Origin: Octopus sinensis
Taxonomy: Eukaryota
DNA: 64,000 nt
Assembly (NCBI RefSeq): GCF_006345805.1
Contig: NC_043002.1
Span: 55,490,001-55,554,000 of the forward strand
Reading direction: 5' to 3'
Under the pieces are notes generated by a model. That model was not told the DNA's origin, ran no database searches, and worked only from the letters and a program-made list of their open reading frames with translations. Below are positions 25,802 through 37,308 of this stretch, one piece after another; position 1 is the first letter of the stretch; each line of letters starts with the position of its first letter. A program made the translations under genes and the position numbers.

Positions 25802-28025
25802 GAGGAAAGCTTTTATGAATGAACTATTTTTATCACAGTATATAGGTCACAGCCAATTGCTAGTAGGTTACTTTCGCTTAACGGGAAAAAACCGAGCGGG
25901 GAATAGTGAGTTACAGTTTCAAATTACAAATCGTTGTTACTATCGCCGAAGCGAACGTCGTCGTCTTCATTATCATTATCATCATCATGTGTATCATCTC
26001 CATCATCATCTTCACTACAGCCAACACCATCACAACCGCCGCTACTACCAACACAACCACCACCACCATCACCATCCACAACATCATCATCACCACCACC
26101 ACCACTACCACCAACGCCACCATCACCATTATCTCCACCGCCAGAGTGAGATAACGAAACCGATCACTCAAACATCGTATAACTCCCTTAATGACAGCTC
26201 ACATACGTTCAGAAATCAAGGTTCTAATATCCCAAAAAGGAATACACAATCTATTGGAAATAATTTACAACCAACAATACCGTCAGTCACATATGGAGAA
26301 CTGTGCTTAGGAGGAGGGGAAGGAGGAGGAGGAAGGGGGTACGAAACAGAAGAAACATCATCAATATAAGAATATGGCAAGAATAGAAACCTACGGCTAG
26401 ATAATAGAAATCCTTAGATCTACATACATACAAACACACATACATACACACATATACACACCACAATTCCCATACTAATATGTGTAGAATTAATAAACGA
26501 GTAGCAAAACTAGAAACAATTCATTGAGAGATAGACGTGAAAATGTCAAAATAGCGTTTCACATAATTTTCAATTAAAAAATAAGAAAAAGAGAAAGTAA
26601 TAAAAAAATATGGAAGAGAAGCGGAAAGTTTTTCAGTTTAGAGTTGTTTTCATCTCTCCTTAAGAAATATTTCGAGACGGAGGAAAAAGAAAATATTTTC
26701 TTTTGTTCATTATTGTTTTTTTAAGCAAAGTTAATTTTGGAGAATTTATTTTTTAAAAATACTTCTCAATTTTTAAAAAATATTTTGGATTTTCTCTTAA
26801 GCAAAGACAAACAGGAAAAAAATAAACTTGTTATCGCAAATTAGTTAATTTTCACTAAGTGGGATTTCGCTTTGCTCAGGATAAAGTGTGTGTATGTTCA
26901 CTCTTTCACCCAGGGAGATTCCGGTTTAACCAATGTCGTTTTCCTTACGACTAGGCCAGATTATATAACATAAGAGATTTCTTGTTTCGCAATTAATATC
27001 CGTCTTTATACCTCGGATATTTCTAACTGGTTGTAACTTTGCCTAATTCAGATTCCGCATCAGCAATCTGCACAGGTTTTTACAGAAAATTCGGGGTTGG
27101 GGTGGGTACGTGAATTTATCCTTGCTAGATAATTCTTGAGGATTTTTGGTTGACGCATGGTGTTGATAGTTGGGCTTTTGAAGACCAAGTCCTTTACGTT
27201 TGTGCTTCGAAGAAGGGATTGAGAGAGTCACATTGGTGTATGTCACTAAGTTTGCCATTCCTGAGTCATAACTGTTGAGTTGTACCTGAATTTCAAAAGG
27301 GGTCAGCCTTATCACATTCTTTATCATGCTGAATCTCCTTCAGAATTACGTTAAGTGTACACGTGTCTGTGGTGTACTCAGCCGCTTGCACGTTAATTTC
27401 ATGAACAGTCTGTTAATTTGATTGTATCATCTGGAACACTCGTCATCATAACCGACGGAGAACAAGGCCGCTTGCAATAAGGATTTCTATTATCTAGTCG
27501 AAGATTTCTGTTCGTGCCATATTCTTATATTGATGCTGTTTCTTCTGTTTCGTACCCCCTTCCTCCTCTTCTTTCTCCTCCCCCTTCCCCTCCTTCTAAG
27601 CACATTTCTCCATTTGTGACTGTCGGTATTGCTGGTTGTAAATTATTTTCAATAGTTTCTGTATTCGTTCTTTGGGATATTAGACCCTTGATTTCTGAAT
27701 GTATGTGAGTTGTGATTGAGGGAGTTATACGATGTTTGGGTGATTGGTTTCTTTATATCGTTCTGGTGGTGGTGATGGTTGGGATGGTGGTGGTGGTAGT
27801 GGTGGTGATGATGGTGAAGATGATGGAGATGATACACATGATGGTTATAATAATAATGACGACGACGACGTTGGCGACGGCGATAGTAACAACGATTTGT
27901 AACATGAAACTGTAACTCACTATTTCCCGCTCGGTTATTTCCCGATAAGCGAAAGTAACCTACTAGCAATTGGCCTGTGACTTATATACTGTGATAAAAA
28001 TAGTTCATTCATAAAAGCTTTCCTC

Positions 28026-28225
28026 TTTCCGTAAACCTAAATCTCTGACACATTGAAAGTAAAATATTAGCACAAGCTTCAACATCCGCCAGAAATGAAA
28101 GCAGGCAATTTTCGTAAAGTAAATTTAAACAATAGATAAAGGAAGACGATATCTTCCAGCTTCATGAAGACCATCACATAGAATGGGATTTTCCAAACCT
28201 ATCACTGCTAAAACAACTATAAAAG
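28026..28225 (+). promoter_or_regulatory. Promoter of copy 3
   Basis: TTTCCGTAA 28026-28034, GGGATTTTCC 28185-28194, TATAAAAG 28218-28225. Confidence 0.65.
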
Positions 28226-28327
28226 CCGATATCCCACCGTCACTTAACCACAATAATTCGTAACAAGCAAAGGAACTACAACATGACCTTCTATCCAAAA
28301 CATTTTCATAACGAAAAATCACACAAA

Positions 28328-29064
28328 ATGAATTACTGTAAGTATGAGGTCGGCATTATATAAATACATACATACATACATACATACATACATACGTACA
28401 TATATACATACATACATAAGCGTATACTTACATACTTACGTAAGCACATACATACATAAGCACATACATTCATAGGAATACACACACATACACAAATGTA
28501 AGATCCAGGGATCGAGGGGTAAGTAGACAGTTAATTTCAAGCAATTCGTAGAAGATATTAAGTAAAATCAACTTTCGGAACAAATTTCGGTGTATTCAGG
28601 CGGAAGATTGGGGATTATTTAATTTTTTTTTTCGAAAAATGATACGAAGAAAAAAGTTCTTCTATATTCTACGGTAGGCGACAAGGTTTGTCGAGTTTGC
28701 GAAAAAGAATATAAGAGTTACAGAACGGAAAAGAATAATTCGGGCTACATGTGTTTCATTGCGAGTGAAACCTCAAAAGTGGTAAATCCAAATGAGATGT
28801 ATATGGCAGGGTAATATTCAGGTGAAGGATATCTTGAATAGATTAAAGGTTATATTGTCATGAGGAAGTAATTGTTAACACATACAAAAATCGAATCTTT
28901 CCACCTGTATATTTATATATATATATATACATACAAGCATATATATATACATATATATACATACATACATTTTATATCTACATACATACATACATACATA
29001 CATACATACATACATACATACACATACATACATACATACATATATACATACATACATACATACA

Positions 29065-29100
<36 letters not shown>

Positions 29101-29451
29101 CTGTGTTTTACATGTTTGAATCTGCAGGTTTGCGGCCATGCCGTGACACAACCTTGAAAACTGTTAAGGTGGAATTCACCAACCCGAGGACTTATTTCTA
29201 AAGCCATGTACTTATTCTTTTGGTAATTTTTTACCGAACAGTTACGTTTCCTGTATATAAACACACAAGCATTGGTCGTCAAGCGGTACTCAAGAGAGTG
29301 CGACAATGACACACACTCCACACACATATACACACATATACACGCGCACAGACATATGTAAATATATGTATGTCCCTGTCTATGTATGCATTTATCTCTC
29401 TCTCTCTCTCCCTATATATATATATATATCTATCCAATTCTTTCTATCTAG

Positions 29452-29516
<65 letters not shown>

Positions 29517-31869
29517 AATGTAAGTGGCTTTAATATAAGTGGTTGTAAACGCACATATTATATATCACATTAACTAATACTAACAATATACACACACATC
29601 TTATATATGAATTTACTACTATTAATTATATAGACACATTAACACACAACACAAAAAATTGTGGTTTATATTTAGTGGAACTATGTTAAATATTTGTGAA
29701 TATCGTTTATTGAGTTCCAAAATGTTCAGCTCATTGTTTACTACACGTGAAAAACTAACAGCGACTTATCGAGTTATTTCATTTTAATAATAACAATTCC
29801 TTCAATGTCTCCCTTTTCTTCTAAATGTTCCTTAATGGTTATTTTTTTCTATTTTCCCGTAGACTGGCAATATATATTGGTCCTGTGTATCTCAGTCTGG
29901 ACTTCATTCATCCAGGGAGCATCGATAAAACCTACAGCGATACCAATAAATAACATAAAAGCACAACTGGATACGGCTCGCAGGGCCTCAATAGCTGTGA
30001 ACACTACTTTGCACTCTTTTGTAAGTTTACATATATTCATTCATATATTATTGTTATTATTATTGTTATACTTGATATTGTTATCATCATCATCATCATC
30101 ATCAACATCATCATCATCATCATCATCATCATCATTATTATTACAACTTCTTATACCACTCCAATGATATATTGCTTAACATACTACCCACATAATATTT
30201 AATAAAGTTCTCATAACGATCAATATTTGTAACTACTAGTTCAGTGTAAACGGACTTCTACTCCGTTATTTTCTAATCCTATCTGTCCAAATCTCATAAT
30301 ATGTTACGTGTTTTTCTACAGTGCCACAACACTCCATTGGCATCTGCGGTATCCTGTCCTCACTTTATTCATACGCTACTCAACCAGACGGAACTTACAT
30401 TCCCTCAGCTCTACATTCAAGACAATATCACCATCGCGCAGACAGATTTAGTCAAGGTATGGACATATTATCAAACATATTTTCTTGAAATATTTATATA
30501 CTTTCTATCTAAACTCGATTCTATATTTTATAAGAAATCTCAATCAGTGTTGAATAAAATTCAAACTTCTCGCAATTCTTTATTACAGATTGCTCTATCC
30601 AATATGTCTGCAACCCTCAGTCAATATGTTACTGTGTTGAAGAACCAGGCGGAAAAAGAATATGACCAGCTGTGTGCCCCTGCCAAACGTATACAGACAG
30701 AGTGTTATTATCCCGCTGCCTGTTCTAAACTCACTCCCACATCTGATGCCATATTTTATTGTTATTTAAAACAAACACTTTCTTACCTGGTTGATACGAT
30801 ACTTTTTCTGGAATCACCGGCAAGTATTATTATCGGAATATATTTTCCTAGATGAAGATTCACGCGATTTCTCTTTCATTTCCTTACGTAAAATTTATGT
30901 AGATAAATTCCCTGTTGAAGAAAACAGCACCAAAATATCCTCATGTTTATCGGAATATATTAAATATATAACTCATAGAATTGATCCGGGAAGATATGGT
31001 CAGTTTATTTACAGAAATTGTTGACAAAGATCAATGGTGCTATTCTTTAGATTCCCTCGGAGTAATATATAGTCATTTCGAAGCATTCTTTCAAAGTATT
31101 CTTGTGATTCATGACTACCAAAAGATTACAAATTACATCTCTTTAGGTTTTCTAAGATTTCTGTCGTAAAATACTTCGTGCAGACGATAATCAGCTTACG
31201 TTATGCACACTTTCCTCATTTATATGATGTAGACAACAATGCGTAGAATTGTAACCAGCGTAGAATGTCTAATTATTTGACGGAATTACTACAATTATAA
31301 TAATTTTGAACCGTTCTAATTTAATAATATAACTTACTCTATCAAAATGTTATACGTAATATATACGTGTGTTTGCATCTATGTCTATATTATTATTAAT
31401 AGTAAATTCATATATAAGATGTGTGTATATTTTTAGTATTAGTAAATGTGATATATAATGTGTGCGTATAAAAGTCGCTATAGTATTGAATTTAGGGGGA
31501 AATAGCTACATTGACCAGGTTCAGATCTCCTCCAAGTAGGGTTTCTTCTGGATAAATATATATATAAAGCTTTATAATGTGTGGACTGTGAGCTCCGTTA
31601 TTCGGTTTCATTACACGTGTGTGTGTGTGAGTGCGTCTTCGTGTGTGTCTGTGTATTAATATCAATTAATGTTAATCCCTAATTTACAATGTTCTTTTCA
31701 TATATTTCAGATATTTTCAAACATCAAACAAAATGTCGAAGTGGATGACAGTCTTTTGCTACCGGATGATGTGCCAATAACCAAGCAGCGATGGTTTACC
31801 ATAATTACACTCCATACACTTCATGAAAATATAAACCACATTCAAAATACTCTAGAATCCTTTATGTAA
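28328..31869 (+). CDS. Putative IL-6/G-CSF-like secreted cytokine, copy 3 (complete, 230 aa)
   Basis: E1 28328-28337, E2 29863-30020, E3 30322-30456, E4 30589-30819 (GC donor), E5 31711-31869. Protein: [56 protein letters not shown]|[45 protein letters not shown]|[77 protein letters not shown]|[52 protein letters not shown]. Confidence 0.8.
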
Positions 31870-31983
31870 TTAATTCCGTTATAATAATTCTGGAACCAAT
31901 CTCAGTTAGAGAAAAATCAGATACAAGTGTATCGTTTCAATTATGTAGAAGTGTTTTAGCTTCACCACTTAATAATCATATCG

Positions 31984-32000
31984 ACGATTATATTAATCGT
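31984..32000 (+). promoter_or_regulatory. 3'UTR triloop hairpin (CDE-like), copy 3
   Basis: ACGATTA-TAT-TAATCGT, ~115 nt after the stop. Confidence 0.5.
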
Positions 32001-33484
32001 TAAATACCAATATTTCCATAAATTTTTATCTTATATTTTCTTATCAGGTTTATAATCGTAAACAATATATATTTCTCCTTTTTGAACTAAATATTTCTAT
32101 TTAATATCGTGTTACATCGATGTTATTGGTATTACACCAATGGGACTATGACGTATCAATCTATATATATTTTTCATATATACATACCTATATTTATCTA
32201 TATATATCTTCATATATACATAACTATACCTACGTTATTTAATTCATTTTTTATTTTTTATTTTCCGATTCCATTTCCTATTTTTTTAATCTTCATTATA
32301 ATATATACACCATATTCCTATGCATTATACTAGGAAGACTTCCCTGCATACTCACACACACACACACACACACACATATACGCAGACATCATTTCTATTA
32401 TTTATTATATAAATGAGAATTATATTTTTGTATGGAAAAATTAAAGTGTTAATATTTTATTTTATATTCTGTTGTTTGTGTTTTTGATTTTGTTCAATGA
32501 GTGGATTACAACTTCGTTACAGTCATCCATATTATATTTACTACTTGTTCCATTATTTCTGATATGAATAGATGTGATTTATTTTATGAATAATTTCTTT
32601 TTATATTTCATGTTACTGTCATTTCTTTATCTTTATTATATATTTTATATACATTATATTACAATGTATTTCACCAGTAGGACATTTTTTTCTTCCCGTC
32701 TTCATAAAATAAGTACCATTTACGTAATGGGGTCGTCGAAATCCATTACACCTACCCCGAAATTGCTGGCCCATAGCCAAAGTTGGAAACTATCAATTCT
32801 TGTATCGAACCTGGGCCAGAGGGAATCGTTTCCTCTTTTGAATAAAACAACTGAGAGGAAAATACGAAGATGATACAAACCTAGAAACAGCTTTCTTCTC
32901 TTTTTCGTTCTTCCAATGTTATGACGAGATTATGTCCTACGGCCCTCACTAGAGAAAATGCAGCAGGAGAAAATATCCCGGGACTCGTGCATTCCTCATC
33001 GAAGCTCATCGAAATACCACAATATTTTTGTCAATATTAGATCAATAATGATCACTGTTATTGAATAATCTTTTAGGAGAATCTCATATTTTCTATAAGA
33101 AAATGTCTCCTTCAAGACATCAGAAAGTTAGTTGGAAAAGTCGTTCTTTTTCTGCTCAGTGGTGGCCATGGTTAGAGCGTAGTGCCTGTGAACCATAGCG
33201 TTCCAATCAAGCCGTGACATAATAGTCTTGATGCAATCAGAAATACGAGAGCTGCGTGTCTCGTTCTCATTTCTTGCTGTGGTGTTTCACTCAGTGCAGC
33301 CATGTCAGAGACGCACAGCTTTACTCGTATCTATGTATATTATTATTCAGTCTATTTCAAGATTTCTTGCCAATATAGAAAGAACAAGTTTCTAACCTAG
33401 CTACACACACAAACACACACACACACACTCACACACACACACACACACACACTCTTGTATGTTTGTATGTATGTATGTATATAT

Positions 33485-33605
33485 AGGCTCTGGCCTGACT
33501 GTGGTAAGAAGATTTCTTCCGATCTACACGCTTGCAGGTTCCGTCCCACTGTGTGGCTCCCGTGTGAGTGGATTTGGTAGATGGAAATTGAAAGAAACAC
33601 GTCGT
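33485..33605 (+). mobile_element. Degenerate tRNA-derived SINE (paralogue at ~43495-43615, minus)
   Basis: CTGTGGTAAGAAG...GGTTCCGTCCCACTGTGTGG...GTGGATTTGGTAGATGGAAATTGAAAGAA, same family as 9965-10120. Confidence 0.6.
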
Positions 33606-33732
33606 ATATATATATATATATAAATATATATATATATAGATATACAAAGAGTGAGAGAGAAGGAGAGAGAGAAAGAGAGAGAGAGAGAAAGAGAGAGAGA
33701 GAAAGAGAGAGAGACAAACAGAGATGTATGTA

Positions 33733-34158
33733 CAATGGCGAAAATTAATTTAAGACCGATGATAAAAGTTCTATTTCTTACAAAATATTTTGTTACTAAC
33801 ACCATACAAATCATTTTCATCTGTTACACCTTATGCAGAATGTATTTCTCTTTCGAATGATGCAGGCAATAACTATTTTTATACAACTTGAAGAATTCTA
33901 ATGCTAAATTCAGAGAATCGTTTCAAATTTACCGGCAAAATTAGTTTAAGACCACGTAATATGTATGCAAACTTTTTTGCCAAAATGGGTGGTCACACAA
34001 TTAGCCTAACTGGACGATATAGTGTTATAAATTAACGTTATTATACAATTGATTAATAAGGGGGGAAACAACGTCACCTCAGTCCAGTCACGAGAGCAAA
34101 AATCGTAGTACTTCACCAGCAAAAAGTTTCCTTTTCGAACACCAGCAAGCAACTAAAG
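33733..34158 (+). mobile_element. 5' terminal fragment of the long-TIR Tc1 (paralogous to 42950-43375)
   Basis: TA|CAATGGCGAAAA start. Reverse complement of 43375-~42950 with the same flank; ends at the junction with copy 4. Confidence 0.8.
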
Positions 34159-34296
34159 TTCAGCTCATTGTTTACTACACGTGAAAAACTAAGAGCGACT
34201 TATCGAGTTATTTCTTTTTAATAATAACAATTCCTTTAATGTCTCCCTGTCCTTCTAAATGTTCCTTAATGGTATTTTTTTTCTATTTTCCCGTAG

Positions 34297-34516
34297 ACTG
34301 GCAATATATATTGGTCCTATGTATCTCAGTTTGGACTTCATTCATCCATGGAGCATCGATAAAACCTACAGCGATACCAATAAATAACATAAAAACTCAG
34401 CTGGACGTGGCTCGCAGGGCCTCAATAGCCGTGAACACTACTTTGCATTCTTTTGTAAGTTTACATTTATTTCTTCATATATTATTTTTATTATTATTGT
34501 TATTCTTGATATTGTT

Positions 34517-34551
<35 letters not shown>

Positions 34552-34552
34552 T

Positions 34553-34614
<62 letters not shown>

Positions 34615-36269
34615 TATTACAACTTAAAACACTCCAATAATATATTACTTAAATTACTACCCACATAATAATTAATAAAGTTCTCATAAAGATCAATATT
34701 TATAAATATTCAGTGTAAACGGACTTCTACTCCGTTGTTTTCTAATCCTATCTGTCCAAATCTCAGACTCATAATATGTCACGTGTTTTTCTACAGTGCC
34801 ACAACACTCCAATGGCTTCTGCGGTATCCTGTCCTCACTTTATTCATATGCTACTCAACCAGACGGAACTTACATTCCCTCAGCTCTACATTCAACACAG
34901 TATCACCCTCGCGCAGACAGACTTAGTCAAGGTATGGACATATTATCAAACACCTTTTCTTGAAATATTTATACACTTTCTATCTAAACTCGATTCTATA
35001 TTTTATAAGAAATCTCAATCAGTGTCGAATCAAATTCAAGCTCCTCACAATTCTTTATTACAGATTGCTCTATCCAATATGTCTGCAACCCTCAGTCAAT
35101 ATGTTACTGTGTTGAAGAATCAGACGGAAAAAGAATATGACCAGCTGTGTGCCCCTGCCAAACGTATACAGACAGAGTGTTATTATCCGGCAGCCTGTTC
35201 TAAACTCACTCCCACATCTGATGCCATATTTTATTGTTACTTAAAACAAACACTTTCTTACCTGGTTGATACGATACTTTTTCTGGAATCACCAGTAAGT
35301 ATTATTCTCGTAATATATTTTCCTAGATGAAGATTCACGCGATTTCTCTTTTATTTCCTCACGAAAAATTAATGTAGATGAATAAACCGGTCAATTAAAC
35401 AGCACCAAAATATCCTCATGTTTATCGGAATATATTAAATATATATATCATAGAATTGATCCGGGAAGATATGGTCAGTTTATTTACAGAAACTGTTGTC
35501 AAAGATCAGAAGTGCTATTCTTTAGATTCCCTCGGAGTAATATATACTCATTTCGAAGCATTCTTTCAAAGTGTTTCATGACTACTAAAAGATTACAAAT
35601 TACATCTCTTCAGGGTTTCTAAGATTTCTGTCGTAAACTACTTCGTGCAGACGATAATCAGCTTACGTTCTGCACACTTTCCTCATTTTTATGATGTAGA
35701 CAACAATGCATAGAATTGTAATCTGCGTAGAATGTCTAATTATTTGACGGAATTACTACAATTAGAATAATTTTGAACCGTTCTAATTTAATAATATTAC
35801 TAACATGTGTGCGTATATTGTTAGTATCAGTAAATGTGATATATAATATGTGTGTATAAATGTCTCTATAGTATTGAATGTAGAGAGAAATAGCTACATT
35901 GACCATGTTTAGATCTCCTACACGTTGGGTTTCCTATGGATAAATAAATATGTATATATATATATATAGCTTTATAAGGTGTGGACTGTGAGCCCCAGTA
36001 ATTTCATTACATGTGTATGTGTGTGTGTGTGTGTGTGTTTGTATTTGTGTGTGTATTAATATCAATTATTGTGTATCTCTTATTTACAATGTTCTTTTCA
36101 TATATTTCAGATATTTTCAAACATCAAACAAAATGTCGAAGTGGATAACAGTCTTTTTCTACCGGACGATGTGCCAATAACCAAGCAGCGATGGTTTACC
36201 ATAATTACACTCCATACACTTCATGAAAATATAAACCACATTCAAAATACACTAGAATCCTTTATGTAA
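34297..36269 (+). CDS. Cytokine copy 4: exons 2-5 intact, no own exon 1 or promoter
   Basis: E2 34297-34454, E3 34797-34931, E4 35064-35294, E5 36111-36269, canonical GT-AG and in frame. Intron-1 sequence begins abruptly at ~34158, fused to the Tc1 fragment. Confidence 0.65.
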
Positions 36270-36384
36270 TTAATTCCTGTTATAATACTTCTGGAACCAA
36301 TCTCAGTTAGAGAAAAATCAGATACAAGTGTATCGTTTCAATTATGTAGAAGTGTTTTAGCTTCACCACTTAATAATCATATCG

Positions 36385-36401
36385 ACGATTATATTAATCG
36401 T
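36385..36401 (+). promoter_or_regulatory. 3'UTR triloop hairpin (CDE-like), copy 4
   Basis: ACGATTA-TAT-TAATCGT. Confidence 0.5.
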
Positions 36402-37308
36402 TAAATACCAATATTTCCATTAATTTTTATCTTATATTTTCTTATCACGTTTATAATCGTAAACTATATATTTCTCCTTTATAAGATAAATATTTCTATT
36501 TAATATCGTGTTACATCGATGTTGTTGGGATTAAACCAATGGAACTGTGACGGATCAATCTATATATATTTTTCATATATACATACCTATATTTATCTAT
36601 ATATATATATTCATATATACATAACTATACCTACGTTATTTAATTCATTTTTTATTTTTTATTTTCCGATTCCATTTCCTATTTTTTTAATATTCATTAT
36701 AATATATACATTATATTCCTATGCATTATACTAGGAAGACTTCCCTGCATACTCTCACACACACACACACATATACGCTAACATTATTTCTATTTTTTTT
36801 ATATAGGAATTATATTTTTGTATGGAATTACAGTGTTAATATTTATTTTATATTCAAGTTGTTTGTGTTTTTGGATTTTGTTCAATTAGTGGATTAAACT
36901 CGTTACAGACATCCATATCTTATTTCATTTTTTTATATATTTTAATGGATATGATAATAGTTTTATGTATTTTATAGTTTATTGATAGATATAACCATCA
37001 TGTATATCTGATTTCGATTACCATTAATATTCATATTTATTACTATTATGAAATTCCTGATGATTATAATACTGATTTAGAAATGAATAAGGTGATACTA
37101 TAATTTTATTATAACATAGCGGTTTTATTTTATAGATTATAATCGAATTTTTAGTTAAATTTGTATAATCCATGCTCAGTATATGTAATCCAAGGGGGTT
37201 TACTGTATAATATTTGTATAGATAGAGATTTCAACATTATTTAGTTATATTATCCCATATTTATAACTAGATTTCTTGATATGAAAAGATGTGATTATTT
37301 GTAAATAA

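Noticed and set aside
27975-28015. Upstream TATATA plus TCATTC as the core promoter
   Set aside because: Weaker than the TATA(T/A)AA next to the kB site, and it would place the kB site inside the 5'UTR. It cannot be fully excluded without TSS data.
30301-30855. 184-aa ORF (six copies) as a single-exon gene
   Set aside because: It has no signal peptide. It starts in an acceptor tract and contains a donor/acceptor pair around a faster-evolving 132-nt segment plus a conserved GTAAG donor near its end. It is better explained as exon 3 + intron 3 + exon 4 + read-through.
31669-31869. 66-aa ORF ([21 protein letters not shown]...) as a separate small protein
   Set aside because: The first 14 codons are a polypyrimidine acceptor (TTCTTTTCATATATTTCAG); the rest is exon 5 of the cytokine gene.
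31870-32110. AU-rich elements (AUUUA clusters) in the 3'UTR
   Set aside because: Only isolated ATTTA pentamers, which are expected by chance in AT-rich DNA.
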